From Burkholderiales bacterium (GTDB taxonomy: Bacteria > Pseudomonadota > Gammaproteobacteria > Burkholderiales > SG8-41), in contig JBKJKJ010000337.1 of the NCBI GenBank assembly GCA_046597455.1, positions 1 to 52,062 on the forward strand: a stretch of DNA of 52,062 bases. The letters are read 5' to 3'. Positions 40,133 through 49,682 of the stretch are shown one piece after another. The position numbers and the translations under genes are program-made. The notes below the pieces were generated by a model, which ran no database searches, was not told the origin of the DNA, and worked only from the letters and a program-made list of their open reading frames with translations. Numbering within the stretch: the stretch's first letter is position 1; the number at the start of each line of letters is the position of its first letter.

Positions 40133-41044
40133 ATGTCGACAGCGCGCGTTTACAGCATCTGGTTCACTCTCGCGAATATCGCGCGTTTCCTGTTCTGGCT
40201 GCTGCTGATCGCCATCGTCGTGCTGATCGTATTCAGCCGCTCGGCGGACAAACAGGTGCCGCGCAATCAGCTCCTCGAGCAATTCCAGACCGAGCGCAAA
40301 TCACGTGTGATCGCGATGATCCATCGGCAGGAAAGCTCCAGCGTGCTGGGCGTGCCGGTGGTGAGCCACATCGACATCGAGGATTCGGAGGCTATCCTCC
40401 GCGCAATCCGGCTCACGCCCCCCGAGCAGCCGATCGACCTCATCCTTCACACCCCCGGCGGGCTCGTGCTGGCCGCGGAGCAGATCGCCAAAGCGCTCGC
40501 CGAGCGTAAAGCGAAAGTTACCGTGTTCATTCCGCACTACGCGATGAGCGGCGGGACGCTGATCGCGCTCGCGGCAGACGAGATCGTGATGGACGCCAAC
40601 GCCGTGCTCGGACCGGTCGACCCGCAGATCGGCGACGCGCCGGCCGCGTCGATACTCAGAGTGCTCGAAGTAAAAAAACCCGAGGACATCGACGATGCCA
40701 CGATCATCCTCGCCGACATCGCCGCGAAAGCCCAGCATCAGGTCGCCACATTCGTGGCCCAGGTGCTGACCAAGCGCCTGCCGCTCGACCAGGCCACCAA
40801 GCTGGCTGTCGCCCTCAGCGAAGGACGCTGGACTCACGATTTCCCGATACCGGTCCAGATGGCGCGGGAGATGGGGTTGCCCGTCACCACGAATATGCCG
40901 CTGATGGTTTATCAGCTCATGGACCTGTATCCGCAAGCCGGCGCCCAACGGCCTTCGGTGGTCTACGTGCCGACGCCCAGTGTGGCGGAGAAAGCGAAAG
41001 GCCAATCGACCATCCCGCCACCGCCCGCGCCCGCGAAGAAGTAG
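40133..41044 (+). CDS. SDH-family Clp-fold serine proteinase (PF01972-like), membrane-anchored
   Basis: N-terminal TM 'FLFWLLLIAIVVLIVF'. 'IDLILHTPGGLVLAAEQIAKAL...VTVFIPHYAMSGGTLIALAADEIVMD' is the ClpP/SppA-like fold signature. Confidence 0.75.
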   Translation: MSTARVYSIWFTLANIARFLFWLLLIAIVVLIVFSRSADKQVPRNQLLEQFQTERKSRVIAMIHRQESSSVLGVPVVSHIDIEDSEAILRAIRLTPPEQPIDLILHTPGGLVLAAEQIAKALAERKAKVTVFIPHYAMSGGTLIALAADEIVMDANAVLGPVDPQIGDAPAASILRVLEVKKPEDIDDATIILADIAAKAQHQVATFVAQVLTKRLPLDQATKLAVALSEGRWTHDFPIPVQMAREMGLPVTTNMPLMVYQLMDLYPQAGAQRPSVVYVPTPSVAEKAKGQSTIPPPPAPAKK

Positions 41045-41156
41045 CGACGGCGGGAATACGGGGGAGCCGCAATCCAAAGCGTACATGAACGTGCCCGCGC
41101 TTCACGCGCGGGCACGTTCGACACTCGGTACTATCAGCGTGCGACGTCGATGCCGA

Positions 41157-41324
41157 CTACCTGCCGCGTCCCCGCATGCCGCCGATCAGCGACACCACGA
41201 AAAGCACCAGGAAAATGAAGAACAGGATCTTGGCAATGCCTGCGGCACCAGCGGCCACGCCGCCGAAACCGAATAACGCCGCGACCAAAGCAATGATGAA
41301 AAACACGACTGCGTAGTGCAACAT
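41157..41324 (-). CDS. UPF0391/DUF1328 small membrane protein
   Basis: '[47 protein letters not shown]'. GAGGAGG lies 5 nt upstream of the ATG at 41324. Confidence 0.85.
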   Translation of the reverse strand: MLHYAVVFFIIALVAALFGFGGVAAGAAGIAKILFFIFLVLFVVSLIGGMRGRGR

Positions 41325-41465
41325 GGTGACCTCCTCAAAAATGTCGTCCGCGCCGGACACACATCCCCTATTGCAACTGGTGTGCCAGCCCCGCGGTTTT
41401 GCAGTCGCGTGCGCTCGCAAGCCGACGCATGAAACCGATTCCTGACCCTACTGGAGCGCAACCCG

Positions 41466-42470
41466 ATGGTGAAACGACCGATGTCGAACCGACGCCTGAT
41501 AACCGCGGCCTGGCTTCTTCTGGCCGTCACCGCAGCGACCCCTGCGGCCCATGCGCAGACTCCCGCCGCCGCCTATCCGACTAAGCCCGTGCGCATCATC
41601 GTGCCCGTTGCTGCCGGGGGTAACGTGGATATCGTCGCGCGTACCCTGGCGCACCGGCTGGGCGAAAGCATGGGCCACCAGGTGATCGTCGATAACCGGC
41701 CCAGCGCGAGCAGCCTGGTCGGCACCCAGCTCGTCGCGAAATCGGCGCCGGACGGATACACGCTCCTGGCCATTGCCAACACCTTCGCATCCGCGCCCGG
41801 AATTCTGGCGAACCCGGGCTACGATCCGGTAAAAGACTTCGCCGGCGTCTCACTGACCGCGCGCATCCCGATGATCCTGGTGGTCAATCCCAACCTGCCG
41901 GTGCGCACGGCGCAGGAGCTGATCGCGCTCGCCAGGAAGCGTCCCGGAGAGCTCGCGTATGCATCCTCGGGAACCGGATCAACCGGCCACATCGCAGCCG
42001 AGATGTTCTCGCGTCAGGCGGGGATCAAGATGCTGCACGTGCCATACAAAGGCAACGCCCAGTCGCTCGTCGATCTGGTGGGCGGACAGGTCATGCTCAT
42101 GTTCGATCAGGTCAGCACGTCGAGCCCGCACGTCAAAGCGGGCAAGCTGCGGCCGCTCGCGGTGACGACGCTCACGCGGGCACCGCTGTTTCCCGACGTG
42201 CCGACACTCGATGAATCCGGCCTGCGCGGCTTCGAAGACGTCACGTTCAATGGACTCCTGGCGCCTGCGGGCACGCCCGGCGCCATCCTCAATCGCCTCC
42301 ACGCCGAAGTCGCGAAAGCGGTGAAGCTTCCCGAAGTGCGCAAGCGCTTCGACGACCAGGGCATCGAGCTCGCCTCGAGCGCTTCTCCTGAAGCCTTCAC
42401 CGCCTACATCAAGGCGGAAGTCGCGAAGTACGCGAAGCTCGCGCGCGAAGCGGGCATCAAGGCGGAATAA
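41466..42470 (+). CDS. Bug/TctC-family substrate-binding protein
   Basis: 'AAHAQTPAAAYPTKPVRIIVPVAAGGNVD...VDNRPSASS...APDGYTLL'. Confidence 0.92.
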   Translation: MVKRPMSNRRLITAAWLLLAVTAATPAAHAQTPAAAYPTKPVRIIVPVAAGGNVDIVARTLAHRLGESMGHQVIVDNRPSASSLVGTQLVAKSAPDGYTLLAIANTFASAPGILANPGYDPVKDFAGVSLTARIPMILVVNPNLPVRTAQELIALARKRPGELAYASSGTGSTGHIAAEMFSRQAGIKMLHVPYKGNAQSLVDLVGGQVMLMFDQVSTSSPHVKAGKLRPLAVTTLTRAPLFPDVPTLDESGLRGFEDVTFNGLLAPAGTPGAILNRLHAEVAKAVKLPEVRKRFDDQGIELASSASPEAFTAYIKAEVAKYAKLAREAGIKAE

Positions 42471-42508
42471 GCGTGCTATCCAGCGCCACGTGAATCGTGT
42501 GAACCATC

Positions 42509-44827
42509 GTGCAGGTTGACGATATTCGATCGCAGGGGCTGCGCCAGGCGGCGGATGCGCTCGCAGCGGTTCCGCTTTTCGCCGGCCTGAACCCCGTCGA
42601 TCTCGCGAAGCTGGCGGGGGTGCTGGAAGACCGCTGGCTCGATGCCGGCAGCGTCGTGTTCGAAGCGGGAAGCGAAGGCGATGCGCTGTACATTCTGCGC
42701 GAAGGCACGGCCGAGCGGCGGGTGGCGGGCTCCGCACTCGAGCTCGTTCATCCGCCTGCGATCTTCGGCGAGCTCGCGCTCATCACCGACGCACCGCGCT
42801 CGGCGACCATCGTTGCCGTCACGCCGCTACGGCTGTGGGTATTGCCGCGCCAGCGTTTCGCACCACTCGTGCGCTCGGAACCCGAGCTCATGCTTCATCT
42901 GGGCACTGCCGTCGGCATGGATCTCGCGCGCACGCGTCGCGCGCTCGGCGAGTTGCAGGGCGAGCTCGACAGGTGGCTCGCCGATCGCCTGAACGCACTG
43001 CCCGAGGACGAGCGCGAGCTCATCGAAGCGGGCTCGTTCTTCGAGCGCCCGCCGCTGCGCGTGCTCCAGCGGCTCGCACCGATGGAACCGGCGCTGCACG
43101 GCTTGCAGGAATCCGCACGCGTCTCGGGTCTGTGGCATACCGATGAAACCGGCCTGTATGTTCCCGCGGCGGTGCGCAGCGCCGTGCAAAGACATCTGCG
43201 GGGTGCGCGCCGGGAGCGTGCGCTGCAGACGCGCCTTTGCGACGTGGCACGACAACTCGAGCGGGAAGGCTACGCCGCTGAAGCCGCTCTGACCTACGCT
43301 GTGGCCGGCGCAACAGCGGAGGCGCGCCGCCTGACAGGCGCCTCCGCTGCGCGAGCCGACGCCACGGATGCCGAAATCCTCCCCGGTCCGACACACGACG
43401 CCAACGGCGGCACGCCACCCGCGACGGGTTCGCGCCTGGCGGGCATCTCGCGCTTCGTGTGGATGGCCGTCGCGCTCGTTCCGCTCCTCTTCTGGAATGC
43501 GGCCCCACCCGAGGACCTGAGCCTCGCGGGCTGGCGCATGCTGCTCACGGTCGTAGCCGCGGCTATCCTGTTTGCATCGGAAGCCCTTCCCGAAGCGGTC
43601 GTCGGACTCGCACTCCTCGCAGCGTGGGTGGTCACGGGCATCGCCGAGCCGCGCCTGGCGCTCGACGGCTTTGCGACTCAGGCGTGGGTGCTCGTCCTCG
43701 CTGTGCTCGCGGTCGGGGTGCCCGTGGGGAATTCGGGTCTGCTCTATCGGGTCGCGCTACTCGCGCTGGGCCGCAAGCCCGCAAGCTTTGCCTCACGGTG
43801 TCTCACCCTCGGGCTGGTCGGCACGGCAGTTACGCCTACTCTACCCAACGCGACGAGCCGCATGGCGCTCGCCGCGCCGCTGGTTCGCGAAGTGGCGGCC
43901 GCGCTCGGCTATACCCCCGGCGGACGTGCCGCGACCGGTCTCGCACTCGCCGCCCTCATCGGTTTCGGGCAGATGTCGGGACTCTTCCTCACCGGATCGT
44001 CGGTGGGCCTGCTGCTGCACGGTCTGCTGCCCGCGTCCGTTCGCGCCGATTTCGGCTTCACCGGCTGGATGGTGGCAGCGCTGCCGCTGCATCTCATCCT
44101 GTTCGCTTCCTCCATGCTGATGGTAATCGCGCTCTATCGCCCGCACGATGCGCCGGCCGATGCCACCCACCGTCTCGCGCTCCAGCACGAAGTGCTCGGG
44201 CCGATACGCCGTGACGAGATGTGGTGTCTCGCCGTCCTGGTCGCGCTCATCGTCGGCTTTCTCACCGAGCCGCTGCACGGCGTGCACGGTGCGTGGCTGG
44301 GCGTGGGCGCGCTCGTCGTCCTCTCCGTTGCCGGCAGACTGGACGCCGGCATGTTGCGAACGGGCGTCAACTGGAGCTTTCTCATTTTCTTTGGCGTCAT
44401 CACCAGCCTCGCCACGGTGTTCAATGCACTGAAGATCGATGCCTGGCTGGCGGCGAGCCTGAGCGGCCCGGTCAGCGCGCTCTCCGGCAACGCGCTGGTG
44501 TTCTGTCTCGCACTGGCGCTCGTGGGTTTCGCGCTCGCCTTCGTCGTGCGCTGGCAGGCAGCTGCACCGCTGCTGACGCTGGTCGCGATGCCCGTCGCCG
44601 GCGCCGTAGGCGTGCATCCTTTTCTGGTTGCGTTGATCGCGCTCGTGTCGACGCAGGTCTGGTTTCTGCCTTCCCAGAGCACGGTGTATCTGGCGCTTTA
44701 CCACGGCTCGGGCGAGCTCTACACCCACAAAAGCGTGCGGCCTGTCGCCTGGACGTGGGGCATTCTGGTGCTGCTGTCGATCGCAGCGTCGGTGCCGGTC
44801 TGGACCTGGATGGGACTGATCCGGTGA
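42509..44827 (+). CDS. Fusion protein: N-terminal cyclic-nucleotide-binding domain, helical linker, C-terminal SLC13/DASS-type permease
   Basis: cNMP domain 'VPLFAGLNPVDLAKLAGVLEDRWLDAGSVVFEAGSEGDALYILREG...IFGELALITDAPRSATIVA'. From about aa 330 onward there are roughly 10 or more hydrophobic segments with 'TPTLPNATSRMALAAPL'. GTG start. Confidence 0.8.
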   Translation: MQVDDIRSQGLRQAADALAAVPLFAGLNPVDLAKLAGVLEDRWLDAGSVVFEAGSEGDALYILREGTAERRVAGSALELVHPPAIFGELALITDAPRSATIVAVTPLRLWVLPRQRFAPLVRSEPELMLHLGTAVGMDLARTRRALGELQGELDRWLADRLNALPEDERELIEAGSFFERPPLRVLQRLAPMEPALHGLQESARVSGLWHTDETGLYVPAAVRSAVQRHLRGARRERALQTRLCDVARQLEREGYAAEAALTYAVAGATAEARRLTGASAARADATDAEILPGPTHDANGGTPPATGSRLAGISRFVWMAVALVPLLFWNAAPPEDLSLAGWRMLLTVVAAAILFASEALPEAVVGLALLAAWVVTGIAEPRLALDGFATQAWVLVLAVLAVGVPVGNSGLLYRVALLALGRKPASFASRCLTLGLVGTAVTPTLPNATSRMALAAPLVREVAAALGYTPGGRAATGLALAALIGFGQMSGLFLTGSSVGLLLHGLLPASVRADFGFTGWMVAALPLHLILFASSMLMVIALYRPHDAPADATHRLALQHEVLGPIRRDEMWCLAVLVALIVGFLTEPLHGVHGAWLGVGALVVLSVAGRLDAGMLRTGVNWSFLIFFGVITSLATVFNALKIDAWLAASLSGPVSALSGNALVFCLALALVGFALAFVVRWQAAAPLLTLVAMPVAGAVGVHPFLVALIALVSTQVWFLPSQSTVYLALYHGSGELYTHKSVRPVAWTWGILVLLSIAASVPVWTWMGLIR

Positions 44828-44907
44828 CCCGGTCAACGCACGCGTTTCGCGAGTAGCCCTCAGTCCGAATTGTCGCGGTCGGATGACCGCACACGCGAAA
44901 CCTTGCG

Positions 44908-45777
44908 TTACTGCCGCGCCTGCATCACCGGCGCATCCGGCAACGATGCCAGCGTCGCGAGAAACTGCCCGGCAACCCGCTTTCGACCCGCGGCATTGAG
45001 ATGCCCGCCGTCGCTGCTCCACTCCGCCGCGAGAGCCGGAATCGTCGCGCCGTCGAGCACGCCGTATTCGAGCGTCCCGTCACTGCGTGTCGATTCGAGC
45101 GCCGCGAGATCGAACACCGTTTCCTTTCCGACGTAAGCGGCACGCAGCATTTCGTTGTACGCCTTGCGCTTCGCGTTCTCGTCGCGATGCGTCGGTATGC
45201 TGCGCACCGTGTTCATCCAGTAGCGCAGCCACGACGGCTCGGTCATCAGCGGAAGCGTCATGTGGACGACGGTCGCTTCAGGATGCCGGGCGCGTAGCGC
45301 CGAGACGGTCTGCCGATAGCGCTCGAACAGCTTTTTCGCATCGGTCTTCTCGTCGACATCGACGTAGCAATACTTGAACATGAGCACCGGCTGGGGCCCG
45401 AGCGCCCCCTGCGTCGCGGCGATAAAGGCAGCGTTCTTGGATTCCGGATCTTCGTTGCGCCCGATGGGGAACTCGTTGAGGACGCCGGCCGCCGCCGTCG
45501 GTTCTCCGGACACCACGCGAAGCTGGATCTGCGGCTTTTGTGCAGCCCACTCGCGAACACCTTCGATGATGTCGGCGCCGACCGATTGATGCCCGAAGTA
45601 GAACGTGCGCTGCGCGAGCTTCTGCCACTGCGCGGCCGTGATCTGATTCACGTCCATCACGGTTCGCACGCCGGGCGCGTCAGGCCGGCTCGAGCATCCC
45701 GCCAGAGGGACGAGGATTGCGAGCGTGGCGAGCAAGGCGGCGGTAGCGGTGGCGGTTCGGACGATTCCGATACGCAT
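44908..45777 (-). CDS. Lipoprotein, unknown function
   Basis: Lipobox 'LVPLAGC' after 'MRIGIVRTATATAALLATLAI'. GGAG lies 6 nt upstream of the ATG at 45777. Confidence 0.65.
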   Translation of the reverse strand: MRIGIVRTATATAALLATLAILVPLAGCSSRPDAPGVRTVMDVNQITAAQWQKLAQRTFYFGHQSVGADIIEGVREWAAQKPQIQLRVVSGEPTAAAGVLNEFPIGRNEDPESKNAAFIAATQGALGPQPVLMFKYCYVDVDEKTDAKKLFERYRQTVSALRARHPEATVVHMTLPLMTEPSWLRYWMNTVRSIPTHRDENAKRKAYNEMLRAAYVGKETVFDLAALESTRSDGTLEYGVLDGATIPALAAEWSSDGGHLNAAGRKRVAGQFLATLASLPDAPVMQARQ

Positions 45778-45873
45778 GAGGCACTCCGGGACGAGCGTGT
45801 GGCGCACATCATGATAGCGCCGTACGGGGGCGCCCTTACCTCGATTTCGCGCCCGCCACCCATGATGACGGTA

Positions 45874-46740
45874 TCAGCCGGATTTCGGAAATCCATACAA
45901 CGCTTCCGGATTCGACACCAGTATCCGGTTTCGCGTCGCTTCGTCCGGCGCCCAGAGCGTGAGCAGGTCGAAGAGCACTGCGTCATCGGGCGGGATCTCC
46001 GGCGTGGGGTGCGGCCAGTCGCTGCCCCATACGAGCCGCTCCGGCACCGCTTTCACGAAAGCCTGCGCAACCGCAGTGGCATCGTCATAACCCGGCGGCC
46101 CGACTTTCGTGTTCATGTAGGCGCCCGAGATTTTCATCCACGCTTTGCCCCGATCGATGAGGCCGCGTATCACTGGATGCGCGGGATGGTCGAGGCCCGA
46201 GAGCCCCAGCTTGCCCATGTGGTCGAACACGATCGGTGTGGGCAGGCGCTCGAGCAGGTTCGCGTTCTCGACAATCTGGTCGGATTCCATGTTGAGTTGC
46301 ACGTGCCAGCCCAGCGCGGCGATTTTTTCGGCCAGCGGCTCGATCATGTCGATGGAGGTCACGGCGGTTTTCGGATCGCCCACGGTGAACCGGATGCCGC
46401 GTATGCCGCCCGCGTCCAGTTTTTTCAGCTCCGCTACGCTGACGTCCGGACGCAGGACCGCCACCCCGCGCGCGTTGGAGATTCCGAGCTGCCCGATCGC
46501 GTCGAGCGTCACGCTGTTGTCGGTGACATAGTTGCGCGGTGTAACGATGACGACACGGGAGAAACCGATGCGCTGCTGGAGCAGCCGGTAATCCGCCACC
46601 GTGGAACGGGCCGGCCGCCCGACGGCCGGCGCAAAGCGCGGATCGTAGATATGGATATGGCAATCGGCAGCATTCGCGGGCGCTTCGAGCTTCGGCGGCT
46701 CGGTGCCGGACGAATTCGGCACGGCTTGTCGGGACGTCAC
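45874..46740 (-). CDS. Amidohydrolase-2 family (LigI/2-pyrone-4,6-dicarboxylate-hydrolase-like) protein
   Basis: 'DCHIHIYD' (HxH), 'IVFDHMG', 'WGSDWPHP'. I chose the GTG at 46740 (AGGAGG 9 nt upstream). The GTG at 46749 is an alternative. The track start at 46857 would overlap the upstream gene by 47 nt. Confidence 0.82.
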   Translation of the reverse strand: MTSRQAVPNSSGTEPPKLEAPANAADCHIHIYDPRFAPAVGRPARSTVADYRLLQQRIGFSRVVIVTPRNYVTDNSVTLDAIGQLGISNARGVAVLRPDVSVAELKKLDAGGIRGIRFTVGDPKTAVTSIDMIEPLAEKIAALGWHVQLNMESDQIVENANLLERLPTPIVFDHMGKLGLSGLDHPAHPVIRGLIDRGKAWMKISGAYMNTKVGPPGYDDATAVAQAFVKAVPERLVWGSDWPHPTPEIPPDDAVLFDLLTLWAPDEATRNRILVSNPEALYGFPKSG

Positions 46741-46810
46741 GGTGTTCACCCTCCTTTTTCGATGGCGCGGATCAGTCGATCCGCGACGAGTGCCGCCGTG
46801 ATGATCGCCA

Positions 46811-47725
46811 TCAGTTTCGGCTGCCGGCCTGCGCGAGCGCCGATTTCTTTTCCGCATCGCGCTTTGCGCAGGCCTCCGCCGTAGCGAGGACGACGATCGC
46901 CCACTCGTCGACCGGCACGTCGATCATGCGCCCATCGAGCGGCACGGCAGCAGTCCCGGCGGCAACACCGGCGGCAAATGCTTCCCGCACACGCTGGTTG
47001 TAGGCGACGAGCTCAGGCGTGGGCGTGAACGCCGCGTTCACCGGGGCCACCCAGCTCGCATGCGGACAGATAACGCCTTTCATGCCGAGGTTTTTCGCCG
47101 TCGTGGCCATCGTCTGTAAATCCGACTGCTCCGCATCGGCCTGCTGGCGAACGCTCATGGGGTAGGCCATGCCCACCGCGGCAACGCGTGCAGCGGTCGC
47201 TTCGACCGCGAGCCGGCCCCTCGAGTACACGAACGGATCGTAAGCCGGATGCGGATCGATGCCGAGGTCCTGCGCCAGCGCGCGCTCGTCCAGGCCCGCC
47301 TGCGAGACACGCGGATCCGCGGTGACGATCGACCGGATGTCCCATACGCCCCGCGCCGAGCCGAGCATCACGATGAAGCTGAGCGCGCCCGCGGCGATGT
47401 CGCGCTCTTTTTCGAGCGCGGCCACAGCCTGGGCTGCTTCCACCACCTCTGCCGCCTGCACAGGCGAGAGCATGATTCCGCTCAGTCCGAACCATACCGA
47501 TGCTTCGATATCCTCGAGTGCGCTGTCCGGCCTCACCTTGACGAAGACCTCGGCGGCGCCCTGGCGCGCGGCGGCGATCGCATCCTTGATCGCGCCGGGT
47601 GCAACGGCCTTCGCGCCCGTGAGATCCAGCGTAATCGCGTCGGCATTGTGGCGCCATGCGTGGGCAACACCCTCGGCATCGGTGATCGGAACGAGAAGAT
47701 TGGAACGGCGCACGAGAATCGACAT
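46811..47725 (-). CDS. HpcH/HpaI aldolase / citrate-lyase-beta (CitE)-like paralog A, with degenerate active-site motifs
   Basis: 'RRSNLLVP...ADAITLDLTGAK...VFVKVR' aligns with CitE-family N-terminal motifs but lacks DLED. There is no purine-rich SD; the leader is the CATCAC repeat. Confidence 0.75.
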   Translation of the reverse strand: MSILVRRSNLLVPITDAEGVAHAWRHNADAITLDLTGAKAVAPGAIKDAIAAARQGAAEVFVKVRPDSALEDIEASVWFGLSGIMLSPVQAAEVVEAAQAVAALEKERDIAAGALSFIVMLGSARGVWDIRSIVTADPRVSQAGLDERALAQDLGIDPHPAYDPFVYSRGRLAVEATAARVAAVGMAYPMSVRQQADAEQSDLQTMATTAKNLGMKGVICPHASWVAPVNAAFTPTPELVAYNQRVREAFAAGVAAGTAAVPLDGRMIDVPVDEWAIVVLATAEACAKRDAEKKSALAQAGSRN

Positions 47726-47772
47726 GAATGAGGGGATGCCGTGATGGAGTGATGAGGTGATGAAGTGATGCG
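47726..47772 (+). repeat. Tandem 8-nt repeat array, GTGATGNN on the + strand, 4 clean and 2 degenerate units
   Basis: gaatgagg ggatgcc GTGATGGA GTGATGAG GTGATGAA GTGATGCG. It fills the 60-nt gap between the CitE-like B stop and the CitE-like A start. Confidence 0.85.
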
Positions 47773-47785
47773 GATCGGGCCGACG

Positions 47786-48760
47786 CTATCTGGGGTACGC
47801 CGGCTGGGACGCCTTGAACGTCGGGGACGCCTTGACGCGCGCGAGAGCCTCGGCTTTTTCTTGATTGCGCTCGGCGCACAGCCGGGCCCATTCCAGCAAC
47901 TCGAGCGCCCGCGCCGCTTCGTAGCGGTCGATCACGCGTCCTTCGATCTCGACCCACGTATCGCGCGTGCCTTCGATCTCGGCGTAATGCTCCAGCACCG
48001 CATGCGCATCCCGGACATCGTCCTCGCTCGGCGTGAGACCCACGTTGTGCCCGTCGACGACCGCCGGGTTGAGTCCGCCCCCGCCGAGCCGCAAGCCGCA
48101 CTGGCGGGCCGCTTCAGCCAGTCGCAAGGCACGGTCGGGATCGCTGACGCTGCCGGTTGTATTCGCGACGAACGGCGCCGTGCGCACGCCCAGGTCGAGC
48201 GTGCGTGCCGCGAGCTCGGCCTCCCCTTTCGGATACACGAACTGGTCGAAGTCGACAAACATCTCGACGCCGAGATCGCGCGACAGATCGTAGCCGCCCG
48301 TGGTCGCGCCGAATTCGCGCACGCGGGGGCTGGCCGATGCGATCTCGAAGACGTTGGTGACCCCGATCGCCGTCTCGATGCTCGCATCGATTTCGATCGT
48401 TCCCGGCGGAATGCCGCGCTCGTTCTCCAGGCGCGTGATGATGTCGTCGAGCGCGCATATCTCGTGGGCGTATTCGGCCTTGGGATATTTGATCCGCTTC
48501 AAGCCCGGCCAGACGACCGCTTCGGTATCCGCCAGCATGTGCTCGTGGTTGATGCGCGCAAACGCTTCGGCGCCGCCTTTCGATACGTTCGCAATTGCCT
48601 CCCTGACCAGCGTGCGCGCATGCGCTTTCAGATGCTGCGGGACCGAGTCCTCGAGATCGAGAACGATGAAATCGCATCCGCGCCGCCACGCGTTGTCGAC
48701 GAATCGCGGGGTGACCACGGGCATCGTCAGTCCGGAACGGCGTACTGTTTTTTGGGCCAT
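47786..48760 (-). CDS. HpcH/HpaI aldolase / CitE-like (malyl-CoA-lyase-like) paralog B, with canonical motifs
   Basis: 'RRSGLTMP', 'CDFIVLDLEDSV', 'AFARIN', 'RIKYPKAE', 'IDASIETA', 'GGYDLSRDLG'. GGAG lies 6 nt upstream of the ATG. Confidence 0.88.
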   Translation of the reverse strand: MAQKTVRRSGLTMPVVTPRFVDNAWRRGCDFIVLDLEDSVPQHLKAHARTLVREAIANVSKGGAEAFARINHEHMLADTEAVVWPGLKRIKYPKAEYAHEICALDDIITRLENERGIPPGTIEIDASIETAIGVTNVFEIASASPRVREFGATTGGYDLSRDLGVEMFVDFDQFVYPKGEAELAARTLDLGVRTAPFVANTTGSVSDPDRALRLAEAARQCGLRLGGGGLNPAVVDGHNVGLTPSEDDVRDAHAVLEHYAEIEGTRDTWVEIEGRVIDRYEAARALELLEWARLCAERNQEKAEALARVKASPTFKASQPAYPR

Positions 48761-48865
48761 GTTTTACTCCAGCAAGTCGCTCATCCCCGTGAGGATTGTT
48801 CCGTGAGATCGACAGCGCCCGGGTGGGGCCGGCTTGCGCCGGCATGACGCATCGATCGACTGATT

Positions 48866-49594
48866 TCAGCTGTACGCGCGGTTGAGCGGCTGCACCTGGT
48901 CGTCCTGAAGGCACATCGCGCCCCTGAACCCTATCGCCCGCCCCCGCTGCGCGGCCGCATACGTATTATCCGGCGTCGCGAACAGTCCGCGATCAGGTGC
49001 GCGCCACCAGGCTCCAATCGGAGTGACGCCGGCGGCGCCGGCAATAATGATCAGGCGCTGCATCAGGTAAGGCATGAGATGAATCTCGCCGGACGGTTCC
49101 GGACGCAGATCCATGATCAGGTCGGCGCGCCCGAGGGTCACGCCCCACACCCGATCACTCGCACGCACGATGTCGTAAGCAGCATGGTTGCCGGGCGCGG
49201 TTTCGACGGCCGGCACGATGGTCACCGTGTTCGGCGCGACCCCGTGCTCCTTCTCGAGCATCGTCAGCGATGCAGCGATCTGCTCGATCTGCTGCGCCGA
49301 TTCAGTGCGCGAGACCACCACGCCGCTCAACCCCGACCACACACAGGCACTCAAGTCCGCATCGACGGATTGCGGCTCGATCTGAACGAACACTTCAGCG
49401 CCGGCGGATTGCGCAGCGATCAGCGCAGCCTGAACCTTGCCGCGCGCTGCGGGCTTGTCCCTGTCCGCGACAAGCTCGACGAGATCGAGGACGATGACGT
49501 CGGCACCCGACTTAGACGCGCGCTCGAGCTCGCCACGCCTGGACACGGGCACGAGCAGCCACGAGCGGCGTGTTCTTTGTTCTGTGATTCTCAT
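48866..49594 (-). CDS. HpcH/HpaI aldolase / CitE-like paralog C, with partly degenerate motifs
   Basis: 'RRSWLLVP', 'ADVIVLDLVELV', 'VFVQIE', 'IVPAVETA', 'LGRADLIMDL'. GAGGAG lies 3 nt upstream of the ATG. Confidence 0.82.
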   Translation of the reverse strand: MRITEQRTRRSWLLVPVSRRGELERASKSGADVIVLDLVELVADRDKPAARGKVQAALIAAQSAGAEVFVQIEPQSVDADLSACVWSGLSGVVVSRTESAQQIEQIAASLTMLEKEHGVAPNTVTIVPAVETAPGNHAAYDIVRASDRVWGVTLGRADLIMDLRPEPSGEIHLMPYLMQRLIIIAGAAGVTPIGAWWRAPDRGLFATPDNTYAAAQRGRAIGFRGAMCLQDDQVQPLNRAYS

Positions 49595-49682
49595 GCTCTC
49601 CTCACTGCAGTGACGCGGCTGCGCCGAAGCCGCTCGCTGGCCCGGCGATGCTAAGCCGTTTTCCGCCGCCGTTCAACCGCGT

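Noticed and set aside
43841-45022. 393-aa minus-strand ORF opposite the cNMP-DASS fusion, and the 379-aa + ORF at 49737-50876 opposite the ACAD gene
   Set aside because: These are antisense shadows with biased Arg/Gly/His composition. The sense genes have clear family motifs.
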